A stretch of DNA of 64,000 nt. Source: Amoebidium appalachense. Its lineage: Eukaryota; Protista; Ichthyosporea. Position numbers and translations under genes: made by a program. Shown here piece after piece: positions 20,395 to 43,806 of the stretch. The stretch spans positions 4,135,375-4,199,374 of the forward strand of contig CAVNZM010000017.1 of the NCBI GenBank assembly GCA_963693365.1. The letters run 5' to 3'. The notes under the pieces are model-generated. The model was not told the DNA's origin and did no database searches. It worked only from the letters and a program-made list of their open reading frames with translations. Each line of letters opens with the position of its first letter. Position 1 is the first letter of the stretch.

Positions 20395-20722
20395 TTCCAA
20401 GGTACAAGGGTGAGATGATGGGTAGTGTTTGTAGGTTGAGAACGTTGTGAGAAGGGAGGGGGAGAGGAGGAGGTGAAAGGGGAGGGGGGTTGTGTGTGGA
20501 GGGGGGGCGGAGCGGGGGGAGAGAGAGAGAGGAGAAGAAGGGGGTAGGCTTGCATGGGAAGGGGTTGGGTGTGGGTGGGTTTCTGGTTTTACTGCTGTGT
20601 TTTGGTTGTTGGGTTTTAAGGGACGGGGCTTCTTGTGTGCTGATTTTCATTTTCTCCTGGCATGCTCACTCCGCATTTTCTCACCCCTCTCAGTGTTGAA
20701 TGTAGTCCGAATCATCCCTGCT

Positions 20723-20779
<57 letters not shown>

Positions 20780-20817
20780 CTCCTTGCCCCACGTCTCCCC
20801 ATCAACACACACGCACG

Positions 20818-20891
<74 letters not shown>

Positions 20892-20920
20892 GATCTCTCT
20901 CCTTTTCTTCCCTCCCGCCT

Positions 20921-20966
<46 letters not shown>

Positions 20967-21535
20967 ACACCACCACAACCACGACCACTCTGGGCACCCT
21001 GTTGCTCATTCAATTTTTTACCCAATCTCACTATCCTATTGAGCCCGCCCCCGGGCCAAAACCCACCCCACCCCACCCTTACACCCGAACCTCCCCCACC
21101 ACTCAACCCCTTCCAGCACACAGAAGCACACACACACTCCCTTTCACTACAACCACCATCACAAAAAGAAAGACCCCCCCCCCCCCTCTCCCCCCTCCCC
21201 TCCCCTGCCCGACCCCGTCCGTCCTGCAAACCACAGCATACACAAACACGCTGCAACGCAGATTTGAGCACACACGCATACACAGAGCCACTTAGATCTA
21301 ACATGCATACACACTCAACCCCCCTTCCGTTTTCCGATGTGCGTGGTCGGGGTGCATTACAAGCTATGCTTGTTTGATCCCGTCTTTACCCTCTCGCTTG
21401 CTTTAGGTTTCTGTATTTCATTGTGACCTCCCCCCCCCCCCCCCCCCCCCCCCCCTCAAACCCTGTTACTCCACATGTACATAGATTACATAATCATAAC
21501 ATGCATTTACATGCCCGGGTAGACGTATCCATGTG

Positions 21536-21607
<72 letters not shown>

Positions 21608-22422
21608 ACACACACATCATCGTCCCCCTCCCCCCATCCCGGGCCCCTGGCCCCCCCTCCCTCCCCCCGGCCCCGCCCCCTCCCCCCCCGACCCCACTCA
21701 CGTATTTTTCCAATTTAAGGAGTCGCTCTCCGCTTTTGTTGCATTCTCCAGTGTTCGTTTTTGTGTGCTAATGTATATACTGCCCCGTCTTTTTTCCTTT
21801 TGTATGTCTGTGTGCTTGTTAATGTACAAGGCATAAGCCCATAGCTCTGCACATGAATCATGTGAGCACGTGCTTGAAACCCCCTCCCCCCCCCCCCCCC
21901 CCCCCTCCCGTGCCCCCCTCCCCACCCTGCTTATTTGTCATACTTTTCGTGTGTGCTTTGCACAACTTGAATTGTGTTTTCAGTCGTGAATGTGTACCTG
22001 AACACAACCTGAGCACATCCCCCTCCCTCGCGTCTCGCACCTTCTCTTAACTCCTAAAAACATGCACGCAAGACCCAACGTAACGGAAACCTTTGGCATA
22101 CACGCACTCACGTGCACACCTTGCACAGGCACGGACGTGCACAAGCACGTACAGATGTGCATAGATACACTCACCTACACACATATGTCAACCCACACAC
22201 ACCCCCTGTGTGTGCTTTGCACCAAGACTCACCGATCACACTGCTCTCTATTGGCACCCTTTCTACGGTCACTCGCTCCTTTCACGTTCCTGTGTTTGCG
22301 AAGGTCTGGATGCTTTTTCTTTTCTTGTTTTCGTCTCAGTGGGAGATTCTTACTGCTGTTCGATGCATAATGAGCTGGCACTCTTGTGCCCCCCTCCCCC
22401 CCCCCAAACACACACACACACG

Positions 22423-22469
<47 letters not shown>

Positions 22470-22770
22470 CTCCTTCCCATTTCCCAACCCCAGAAGAAAC
22501 AAGGAAAGGGACATGCACACACCATTAACACAAACACGTGTGTACACACGCACGCACGCGCCCACACACACACGCACACACACCACACACACGCACACAC
22601 ACACACGCACACACACAGGCGCAGACACACACAGACTGGAACCGGGACTTCCGCCGGATGTTTGAATTGCAGAAACGAGGGACGAAAGATCCGAGCATTC
22701 ATGAGCGCCACTTCCCTGTAGTTGATTTTCTCTTTTTTCTTACCCTCTCTGTTTTGCGGGTATCCCTCTT

Positions 22771-22805
<35 letters not shown>

Positions 22806-23184
22806 TGTGTGTGTCGCCTGCTCCCAAACTGTACAGGTTGAATTGGTTAGGTGGCAAGTGATCTGAAAGGTTTTTTTTTGGATGTGATTTCATTAGAAAG
22901 AATGCAATACTGCACAAGTCATAGATTGTTCATGTTATGCACCCCAGACAAAAAGAAATTATCATATCATTCATTCGCTGACACTTTAAACACAACACTA
23001 GTTATGTGCAAGTCAGGTTTCGCGGCCAACACTGCATCATGTGCATATCGGTGGTTTTATATCTCTGTTGGTTCACGCATATTTTCAATATTGCAGGCAT
23101 GCAGGTTGGGGATGTGTGTGTGTGTGTGTGTGTGTGACACGTGTGTGTGTGTGTGTGTGTATGTGACACGTGTGTGTGTGTGTG

Positions 23185-23219
<35 letters not shown>

Positions 23220-23258
23220 TGGTGGTGGTGGTGGTTTTTTTTTTTTTTTTTTTTTTGT

Positions 23259-23304
<46 letters not shown>

Positions 23305-23790
23305 AAGCCTCGCTCGCAGTATCATCGTGACGGACTTGTTGTTGTTTCTTGGTAGGTTCGGGGTTGTGTTTGTGTGTGGTGTTTGGTTGAACTTGGTGAA
23401 ACCATGATGCATACATTTTAAACAAGGAGGGAGTTCAATGGTAGGAGTAGTCGACTCAGGGGACGGATTATTAAAATTAAAATATTATCTCAGGGTTGCA
23501 TTTGGTTGATAGATTTTAAAACAATATAATTTGTCGTCGTTTGTCAGAGGGCCCCTCTCGATTGGGAGTTGTTGAACATACTGTAATGCTAGCTAGCACA
23601 CATCTATATCCCTACATTTTGTAGACCTTTTGAGCTGGAACGTTCCTGGCGAGTTTTTTAATAGGCGATAAAGTGATTCAGTATTGATTATTTATATCGA
23701 CAGTACTAGTATACGTAAATGGTTCTGTAGTACACCCTCCCCTCCCCTCCCCCCCCCCCCCTCCCCCCCGCTGCCTCCCTTCCCCCAACA

Positions 23791-23852
<62 letters not shown>

Positions 23853-24555
23853 GCACACGTGCACACACAGAGAGAGATAGGGAGGGCAGGGAGGGGGGGC
23901 AGGGAGGGGGGGCGGGGGGGGGGGGGGGGGAGAGGGGAGGGATGAAACAAGAGGCCGGGAGGCAGAAAAACGTATGCAGTGCACAGCTATGTATACATGT
24001 ACACATGTACACCCGTGTACACGTGGTGCTGAATATGAGGCCTTGGTACATACACCCGTGCATGCACAGACACACACATACACGACACATGTGTATACGT
24101 ACACGTGCACACACACACACACGTGCACACACGTGTTCGTATACACACGTAGACAAATGTATCATAGGACATGAACACAAATCATTGGGCTTGCACCATG
24201 CCAAGGCCGTGGCCTACGCTTTGTGCCCTAATTTCTTATTTTTTATTTTTATTGTTTTTGTAGGTAGTCAGTCTATGTACGTTTCATATGCGCAGCAGAT
24301 GAAAGATGTTTCACGGATCACTTCGGGCGCAGGCAGCCGGGCGGCCCATGACGTCACGGGCCGCGGCGCCAGGCGCAGCCGCAGCGGCGGCTGACATCGG
24401 TCTGGCGCAGCGCCTGACGTCAGGCGCCACCAGCGCCGGTATTTCCGGCGCAGCACACTGCAGATGCAGGCCACCTTCGTTTTCGCCGTGTGCTGCACGT
24501 ACGGTTTTTGTTAGCACGATTGCGTTTTCGGTGGCTAGCACACGGCGGCTCAAGT

Positions 24556-24628
24556 ATGGAAGTAGACCCAACAGACAATGGCCCTGCAGCACAGGCAGGG
24601 CAGGAGGCGCGCCCTCCTGTGCAGGACG

Positions 24629-24673
<45 letters not shown>

Positions 24674-25734
24674 TTGCCCTGACCCCTGAGCTGGCAGCGA
24701 CCATTCGCATGTTTGCTTCTGAGGTGGCCAACGCGACCCGTCAGGCCCTGCAGGCCAGCCCGGCCCCCCCTTCCCAGCAAGATCTTCTCCTGCGCGCCTT
24801 CCCCCACCTCGTCAACCTTGGCGGGGGCGGAACCGGTAGGAACCCCCCTGTCACGGGGCCCCCTGCCGCTGCGGCGGGGGCCGTGGATGCTGTAGAGCAA
24901 CCCCCCGGCAACGCCAACAAGCGCCCCCGTGAGGAGGACCCTCAGGGCGGCGACATGCACCAGCTGCCTCCGCCGCCCAATGCCCTGCAACTGGCCGTTT
25001 GGGGGGCCAGCCAGCGCAGCCAGTCGAACCCACCCTGCCCCCACCTGTCCCCGGAGGTCCGGGGGGCTGCCATCTTCGAGCCTATGCAGCATTTCGCTTT
25101 ACTCGACCTGCTGCCGCCCACGGGCTCTTCTGTCCACACGCAGCGCCAGCCGGTTTCCCTGCCTGGCCTGCCTGCTGGCACGGTTGTGCTGCAGACGCCT
25201 GGCACCCAGCGCCAGCCCGCCCTGTGCCCGGACCTGCAGACCTACCTGCGCTGCATCTTGCAGCTGCTACGCCTACGCATCAACGCCGACGCCCCCGTCA
25301 CGGCCCTGCTGGCCCACGCCGAGTTTGTGGCCACTGAGTTGGCACCCGAGTACCAGTGGGCTGCCATCATGCGCTGGGAGGATGCACACCGCCGGTCGTG
25401 CGCTGCCTCTGGCCGCCCACTCGACGCACCCGACGCTGTGCAGCTGGCCGTGTCCCTGTCTGGTGCCCGCCTGCACCAGGCACCCACCGCTCCCCGCACA
25501 CCCCGGCAGCCTGCCTCTGGGGGGGCCACAGCCAGCCCTCGCGCCAGCCCGGCCCCTGCTGCGGATGAGATATGCCGGGGCTTCAACACGGCCAAGGGCT
25601 GCACCAGGAAGGGACCCAACCCTTGCCGCTACAAGCACGCCTGCCTGAAGTGCGGCTCAGCGGCGCACGGCGCACACGCCTGCCCTCCCAACCCAGCCAA
25701 CGGGGCGGGGGAAGGGGGGGCCAACCCGGCTTAG
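24556..25734 (+). CDS. Gag-like ORF1 of the YR retrotransposon, with polyQ and a C-terminal Cys/His zinc-finger cluster
   Basis: ATG immediately after repeat A1. (CAG)n gives a Q-tract. C-terminal ICRGFNTAKGC..PCRYKHACLKCGSAAHGAHAC is typical of Ngaro/DIRS ORF1. Confidence 0.85.
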
Positions 25735-27457
25735 GGGGCCCAGCCCCCTTTCGGGCAGGGGCTGACGTCAGCGCTGGGCCTGCCCTCTCCGTTGCCCTGC
25801 GGGGCCCATGGTCACCCCCCCCAGCGGCATCACCACAGACAGTATCTGTCCCCAACTTCCGCCGTTTGTTTGAGTTGTTTCCGCACCCCGACAGTGCGTT
25901 TCAGCAGGCTCTGCTCCGCGACTTAGAGCCCATGGGCTTCTCGGTCGGTTACTTCGGCGAGCGGGTCACCCGGGTGGGCCGAAACCACCCGTCCGCGCTG
26001 GCGGCCCGTGAGCAGCTTGCAGCCGACATTGCGAAGGAAGTGGCATGCGGCCACATCCTGGGCCCCTTCACCCGCGACGAGATGGTGGCCCTTTATCCTT
26101 ATTTTGTATCCTCGCCCCTCGGGGCAGTTCCCAAAAAGGGCGGCACGGGCGTCCGCCGCATCCACGACCTTTCCTTCCCGCGTGGCTCCAGTATCAACGA
26201 TGGGGTCGATTACCCGGATCAGCTGGAGTACATCACCATCCGCACGGTGATGCAAACAGTAGCTCGGCTCGGCCAGGGCTGCTTCCTCGGGGCATACGAC
26301 GTGAAGGGTGCCTTTCGTCACGGCCCGGTGCACCCAGACGACCAGCCACTGCTGTCGTTCCAGCTGCTAGGCGCGTTCTATGTGGAGACCCGCCTACCGT
26401 TTGGCTTGCGGTCCAGCCCAGCGTTCTGGGAACGCATAGCTCAGGCCCTGCAGCACTTCGCCCACGCCCTCAACGCCACAGAGACACAGCATTTTGTGGA
26501 CGACTTCTTTTTCGGCGGCCGTACGCTGCAAGAGTGCGCCTTCAACATGCTGGTGTTTCGGTGGGTGTGCTCGAAGGTGGGTGTTACGCTTGCCGACGAC
26601 AAAGTGCAGCTGCCCTCACACTCACGCTCATCTACTTTGGGCTCGAGTGGGACACTCTGCGCATGGAGGCCCGCTTACCTGCCGTCAAGCTGACCGAGCT
26701 CCGGGCCCTGCTAGCCGATTGGCGGGGTCGCACCAAGGCCACTGTTCGAGACCTACGGTCCCTGTGCGGCAAGCTCATGTGGTGTGCTCAGGTTGTGGCG
26801 CTGGTGCGTGCCCGTGCCTTTCTTCAACGCTTGCTTCATCTGCTGGCGGAGGCTGAGAGGGCCGGCCTAGGGCCCCACCACCACATCCGTGTCTGCGCCG
26901 ACGCACGAGCCGACGTTGTGCTGTGGTCGGAGTTCCTCCCCGAGTGGAACGGCATACGTGTGCTTACCCCCCCCGTGCATCACATGTTCACCACAGATGC
27001 GGCCGGCAGCATAGGATGCGGTGGCTACTGGGGTCAAGCGTGGTTTCACCTAGCATGGACGGACCATTGGCGCACGGTCATTGCTGGCGGAGATGTGTGG
27101 GCTTCCGTGCTGTTTGAGCTGGCTGGCATTGCCGTGGCCCTGGCCTGTTGGGGTCCCAGCTGTCGCAACAGCCACATACGCGTGCTCACCGATAACGACG
27201 GTGCAGTATCTACGATCGCGTCCCGTCACTCCCCCGTCCCTGCCATTGCCCGGGTGCTGCGTCTCATCACGCTGATGGAAATGCGCTACACGGTGCTGGT
27301 CTCGGCCAAGCACATCCCTGGCGTGGAAAACTCGATTGCGGATGCCATCTCGCGAGCACAGTGGGCCACTTTCGACCGGCTGCACCCGTGGCACGCACCA
27401 GTCCCAACACCCGTGCCTGAGTGGCTAGCGGGGTGGTTTGCTGCCCCTCTCTCGTGA
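25572..27457 (+). CDS. Reverse transcriptase-RNase H of the YR retrotransposon, one frameshift near 26620
   Basis: RT motifs SPLGAVPKK..RRIHDLS, DVKGAFRH, LPFGLRSSP and FVDDF in ORF 25572-26693. Continues in the -1 frame (TLIYFGLEWDT, TDAAGSIGCGG, FELAGI, TDN, KHIPGVENSIADAISR) to the stop at 27457. Overlaps the end of gag. Confidence 0.9.
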
Positions 27458-27748
27458 TGGGGCTGGGCCGAGCCCCCTCCCCTGTTCCTTTGCCTTCGTA
27501 TTGGGCTTGGCGTGTGGGCTGTGGGGGGCACCGACACCCCCCCTTCCCCCCTTCCCACTTTGTATATCGCACGAGTCATGTTCTGCAGTGGCGGCCGGGG
27601 CCGGCCCCCCCCCACTACACGAATTCGCTCAGATTCCCTCACTCACCCGGTGGAGTGTTTGGGACAATGTAGTACGGTCTTACGGTGTACACACGGTGTG
27701 CCTCTTTGTTCTGTGCTGGCCCGCAGTGCCAACTGCTTGTGGCGTGTC

Positions 27749-27782
<34 letters not shown>

Positions 27783-28147
27783 TTCCCCTCCCCCAACCCC
27801 CCCAGCCCCACCCTGCCACCCCTCCACCCGCCCCTTCGATCGTGCATGCTTAACCTCGGTGTTACACACACATGCTCATACACACCCACTACACTAGCGC
27901 ACACACACGCACGCCTACACCGCGGCTTGTGCGCGCATACCCCCCCCCCCTCCCCTTCCCCCGCCCTCCCTGCCAGCGCTGCATGCATCCTCTGCCCTTT
28001 AGCTACGCCCCCCCCCCCCCCTCCCCCCCCTTGTTTGCCTGCCTGTGCACCCGCTTGCCTGCCACCCACCCCGCTCGTTGCCTTTACCCCCCCCCCCCCC
28101 CCCCCTGGGACTCTAGGCATGATGCTCACACAGCTCTGTCCCTGCAG

Positions 28148-29265
28148 GTGGCTTGCTCCCCTTTGGTGGCGACCATGGTAGGCTTGCCCAGTGGTTCACC
28201 CCCGAGGTTTTGGCCCGTGTCCCGGAGGTGGCCCGCACCATCACTCGGCTGTCAGTGGGCGACAGCACGGAGTCCTCCTACTCGTCCTACCAGCGCCAGT
28301 TTATCGACTTCATCTACGCAATGGACTGCCGCAATCCTGATGGTGGCTACCTGCCAGCCTGCCCAGCCCAAGTGCAGCTGTTCCTTGCCTGGTGCGCCAT
28401 GCGTGCGGTGCAAGCCCGGACCATGCCCAGCATCGTCTCCGCCGTCAACAGCCTGCACCGCAGCTTGGGCATGGCACCACCAGCGGGCTCCGGCCAGCAG
28501 AGCCTTCAGTGGTTTATCCGCGGGGCTGGCCGCTTCCTGCTGCTGGAAGGCAGCCACCGGCCCAAACGAGTGCTCGAGCCCCTCCTCCCAGCCGACCTCC
28601 GCGCCCTCCTCCCAGTCATCCAACCGGGCTCTTCATTGGAGGCCCTGCGTCTGTGGGCTGCCCTGCTGCTTGGCAGCTCGTGCCTCCTGCGCTCGGGCGA
28701 GTTCACGTCCAAATCTGCGGCCAAGTTCAACCCCCTCCTTCACGCCAAGCGTCGCAACGTCCAGCTCCTATGGCAGGATGGCCGCCTGATTGGGGCAACA
28801 GTCTTCCTGCCGACATCTAAGACCGACCCCACGGGCAAGGGTGTTACCATCCGGGTGCCCGCCTTCCCGGAGGAGCCTTCCTTCTGCCCAGCAGCCAATC
28901 TAGCCCTCTTCCTGGGGGTCTCGTCAACCAGGGCAGGCATCCACCCAGATGCACCCCTGTTCAGCGTCGACGGCAGCCCTTACCTCAAGAGCACCTTCAT
29001 CGCCGGTTTCCGCACAGCTCTACACCAAGCGGGCTACGACCCCGACCGGTACGCCGGCCACAGCCTGCGCATAGGGGGGGCCACTGCAGCTGAGAGAGCG
29101 GGCCTACCTGACGCCACCATCAAAGCCCTTGGCCGCTGGGCATCAGACGCATTCATGGTCTACATCCGGCTGCCCCACCGCGACGTGCAAGCCTCCATTG
29201 CCACCGTCTGGTCACACCAGGGCCTCGCCACGGGACCTTGGGGCGGACCCCCTACATCGCAGTAG
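28148..29265 (+). CDS. Tyrosine recombinase (phage-integrase family) of the retrotransposon
   Basis: Catalytic motifs LRSGE (R), SKTD (K), GHSLRIGGAT (H-x-x-R) and LGRWASDAFMVYIR (W,Y). An N-terminal STESSYSSYQRQF segment lies upstream of the first in-frame ATG (28321). Confidence 0.92.
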
Positions 29266-29869
29266 GGGGGCCTTGTGGTGCGGGGGGGGCTCATGGCATG
29301 GACCCCCCCTGGCGGCCCCCGCCTCGGCCAGCCCCTTGGGTGCAGGCACGACGGCCTGCACTCCACGGACACGGGGGGCATGAGGCAAGCACGAGTGAGT
29401 GATGTGAATGTACGTTTCATATGCGCAGCAGATGAAAGATGTTTCACGGATCACTTCGGGCGCAGGCAGCCGGGCGGCCCATGACGTCACGGGCCGCGGC
29501 GCCAGGCGCAGCCGCAGCGGCGGCTGACATCGGTCTGGCGCAGCGCCTGACGTCAGGCGCCACCAGCGCCGGTATTTCCGGCGCAGCACACTGCAGATGC
29601 AGGCCACCTTCGTTTTCGCCGTGTGCTGCACGTACGGTTTTTGTTAGCACGATTGCGTTTTCGGTGGCTAGCACACGGCGGCTCCCACCCACCCACCTCT
29701 CAGTCTGTATACATGACGGTGTACGTATGCGACTGTGACTGGCTCACAGCCCGATTGCAGCGGCAATAAAGCATGTCGAGGCGGGGCCCAGCCCCGGCTG
29801 GTGCGGGGGGGCTCATGGCATGGACCCCCCCTGGCGGCCCCCGCCTCGGCCAGCCCCTTGGGTGCAGGC

Positions 29870-32800
29870 CAAGGCCTCCTAAATAGCACACCGGGCCGAG
29901 GCACGAGGTCGTCACATATGAGAGGTGACGTCATCAAGAGTAGGGTTAGCTTCCAGCCGAATCCAGCGAAATGATTGGCCAACTGAGGAACGCGCGAAAC
30001 CCAGTAAAGGCGATTTCGATTGGATAGAAGATTTTTGACTGCCATTTAGTGATTGGACAATACAGCAAATGGCGGGCTTTTGGTGTTCTTTGTATACTAG
30101 CATCTGCTTACCCATAATATGTAATAGGGGTGTCAGATCCTACGATGGCGCTCATTGTTGCCTAGCATGTACATATGTCACTGGCTGCATTTGATTGGCT
30201 GTGCTGGAAAACGCAGTAGGCCGTCGAATGTGGCTGGGCCTCCGGCAATGTCCACGCAATAAAAAGTGTGTAAACCCCTTTGTATACTCGGGAAAATGTG
30301 GGGTACCAACATTAAGGATAAGGCAAAACCAACAATATTAGTATCTAGCCTGTTTTAATAGCTTTATGAAATAATAAATACGTCAAAGCGCTCATTTATT
30401 TAACATTTAAATGGTTTATGCCATTTTTTGGCGTTTAAAATATAATTTTAGGGAGTTATTTTAAGGGGTTAAGACTTTAAGCTGACGTAAGTACAATTAC
30501 TTCATCAATCCCCGTCGATCTCTCGTTGTGATCTAGGGGGCTGTGTGCCGGCCGCTTGGGTTGCTGCTACACGTGGAAAAGTAACTATTTCTTTGCCACC
30601 ACTTTACGTGAAGTGCTCCTGCATTATATTTAAAAAAGGCTGGGCAGTGCCACTTTGGCCACGCCCAGCCGCTACGCAGATGCCAAGATCTTGTGCTGTC
30701 TACGGCTGCACAATTAATTACAAAGGGCACGAGTGTGCATCTTGTTTTGCTTTTCCTAACAAAACTAAAGAGCCCGAGCGTTTTCACAAGTGGGTCAGTT
30801 TCTGCAAACGCCAAGACTTAACGGTAAATAGTAACACAAGCTGTATAGGTATTTGTATCAAAATTTTAGGCTCGAACAACTTGACCTAGGTTTTGACTAC
30901 AAAGATCCTAAAACAGATATATCTCGGTTTATTAAACATTCCCACCCGAGGTACAAAGAGAATCAGATTCCTTGCATATTCAACACAGAACTGAATATAG
31001 TCATAGAGGAAAAGACACCCAGGAGAAACCCAGAGGATAGAAGAGAAGAGCAAAACAAACGAGCAAAGCTCCAGGCCCCCCCCCCCCCCTCCCCCCCCCC
31101 CCCCCTCCCCCCCCCCCTCATACAGTAGTCCTCATGCATACTGTTTTGCAATGGCCTGCTGCAGTGTTGATCATGGTTCGAGCTCTCTCTCTCTAGCTCT
31201 CTCTCTCTCTCTCTCTCTCTCCCCCCCCCCCCCCCCTCTCTCTCTCCCCCCCCTCTCCCTCCCCCCCTCTCTCACACAGACACACTCTCTCTCTATTCCC
31301 CCCCCCCCCCCCCACACACACACACACACCCTCCCTTCTCGCTCCCCCCCCCCCCCCCCCCCCCCCCCCCTTCTCCCTCCCTCCCCTTCCCGTTTTATGC
31401 TGGGCCATTGTGTGATCAGTGGGCACCCGTGCACTCAGCCTTTGTGCTTCGATAAGCACGTTGGTTATGCACTCTGGGCCACCCTTTTTTTTGGGAAACT
31501 ATCCTTAACACTCGGGTTTTAAATGTTTGCAGATAGCCCTTGTGGAGTATCTAAAGGACGACCTCAACTGGGTCTACGTTCTTCTGGGCAAGATTATGAC
31601 CGACCAGTTGGAGGGTCGGTTTGGACACTACAGGGAAATGAACGGAGGCAAAGACCAAATTTCCACCCGCCAGGTAGCCTCTTCCCTCCACCCTTGTTCT
31701 TCCCCCCCCCCCCCCCCCCCCCTTCCTCCTCCCCCCACTCCTTTTTTCTGAGACAATTTTTCAGAGTCCCTCCCCCTCCCCCCCCTCCCCCTCGTTCCCA
31801 ACCAACACCACCAACACCACCACCATCCACCCCCCACCCCCTCCCTTTTCCCCTACTCCCCCTCCCCCCCTCCCCCCCCCCCCCCCCCCTTCTTTTTTTC
31901 GGATCCTAGAAGGCTTACCCCCACCTTCCTTCTTTAAACACCAATTGCCAAAAGAAGTAATCCTCCCCCCCCCCCCCCCCCCCTTCACCCCCCTCCCTTT
32001 TCCACCTCCATTTCCCAGATCCTCTCCTTACCGACACAAGCATTGCATTAACTTGCAAACACCCAAATCAGCCGGCTGCAGCTGGCAACTATTTGTGGTC
32101 TGTGCGGTGCTCTTCATCTGCACAGTTGTAAATCAGGATAATGCCAAGCTAACGGAAGGTGTGATATTGAACAGGTGCTTGAGTCTGAGCGGCGCATCCG
32201 GCTCATCAACCTCTTCACGTTCCGCCGGGGCACGGGCAAGGCCGTGGGCATCAGCACTCTCAAGCAGGCCGTCAAGTTCAACGAGGCTGCCCTGCTGGCC
32301 AAGCCTGCCGTGTAACTGGACGTTCTGCTGCAGCCCTTCTCCAGCATTGGCGCTCTGTTGGCTGCCATCACCGTCCCCAACAAGAGCGTGGTCGTCTTTC
32401 TCGCCGGCTACGCCTGCTTCAAGACGGGGCGGGGCTGCAGCTGCAAGCAGTGCCGTGGGCGCTTGTTCAGCAGCCGCCGCCTGGTGGTGGAGATCCCAGC
32501 CAGCGTCAGAGCCCAGCTTGGGCCGGACGTCATCGACACGTCATACCTGGAGGCCATCGACCGTGGGGGGCTTTCTACTCCCTCCTACGCGGCCTATGTG
32601 GTCGCGGAGACCACTGTGCGCGTGATGGAGTGCCTCACCAGCAAGGAGCTGGAGGGCAAGTTTCTGCACGCCGGCTCCCACCGCCTGCTGGTTCACACGC
32701 TCGCGGTTCAGCACGCCAAGAGCCGGCCGGAGACAGAGACAATTCGAGGCATTACTTGTGAGGAGTGCGGGGAGGACACGGCGCAGTACCTCGACGGCAT

Positions 32801-33249
32801 CGCCATGAGAATGACCAACATTTTGCTCAACAACTACACCAAGGAACGCAAAGCGAAAAAGAAACACCAACCAACAAGCCAAACCGGCAAACCAAGAAAT
32901 ACGAGGGTGCATCAACCGGTTTATTGGCGGCGCACGCCGCGGACGACGGCCCCAGCGCCAGCGACGACGTGGAGGCTGTGCTCGAGGAGGAGGACTTCGA
33001 CGTTTTCTCGTTTTTGAACGACGACGCACTGGGTGCGTTGTGTGCGACTTAGGCAGTGATAGGCAGTGATGATTGCGTCTGGTAGTTTAGCGTAATGTTT
33101 GCACAAGTTTTGCACTAAAAATAGTCTGATGTAGGAGACCCCGGAGGGGCATGTAAGATTTCAGTTTTCGATCACCCTACTCTTTACACGTAATCTGGAG
33201 TATTAGTCTATTGCGTGCCTCGGCCCGGTGTGCTATTTAGGAGGCCTTG
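29870..33249 (+). mobile_element. P-element superfamily (THAP) DNA transposon, internally deleted, non-autonomous
   Basis: Perfect 36-bp TIRs CAAGGCCTCCTAAATAGCACACCGGGCCGAGGCACG at 29870-29905 and 33214-33249. 8-bp TSD GTGCAGGC at 29862-29869 and 33250-33257. Confidence 0.93.
30680..33052 (+). pseudogene. Disrupted THAP/P-type transposase: THAP domain plus C-terminal exons, catalytic core largely missing
   Basis: THAP: MPRSCAVYGC..FAFP..RFHKW..KRQD, frameshift ~30860, then IPCIF. Exon 31533-31673 encodes YVLLGKIMTDQLEGRFGHYR (P-transposase catalytic-E motif). The exon from 32175 has an in-frame TAA at 32313, then FLAGYAC..CKQC. Confidence 0.82.
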
Positions 33250-33534
33250 GTGCAGGCACGACGGCCTGCACTCCACGGACACGGGGGGCATGAGGCAAGC
33301 ACGAGTGAGTGATGTGAACGTGATTTAGACTAATATCATTTCAAGCGAACGGAACGTTTTCGTGTTCGTTTATAAATTCGGCACGTTCGAACCGACCGGT
33401 AGGCTACAATTTTGTTTAAACAGCAGAGATCTAGCGTTTAGGAGTTTCTTTCTGCCTTGTTACAGAACTAGGGTTTTCTCGCGAAGCAAGTGTTCACGTT
33501 GGAAGTAGCTGTGGTAGGCTAGAGAGCATGCAAG

Positions 33535-43806
<10,272 letters not shown>

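Larger units (their letters stand above)
24275..33318 (+). mobile_element. Ngaro/DIRS-class tyrosine-recombinase retrotransposon, full length, split direct repeats A1-ORFs-B1-A2-spacer-B2
   Basis: A1 24275-24551 matches A2 29408-29684 (277 bp, identical by eye). B1 29276-29408 matches B2 29799-29869 plus 33258-33318 (split by a P element). Internal gag, RT/RNase H and YR ORFs. No TSD seen. AATAAA at 29765 in the spacer. Confidence 0.93.

Noticed and set aside
22636-22720. Possible extra exon after a CA tract (DWNRDFRRMFELQ.. or TGTGTSAGC..)
   Set aside because: No convincing donor or partner exon, and the 19105 ORF already ends in a stop.
24929-28820. Long alternative-frame ORFs in the retrotransposon (e.g. 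24929-25648, 27872-28789)
   Set aside because: Expected shadows of GC-rich coding sequence, with no motifs.
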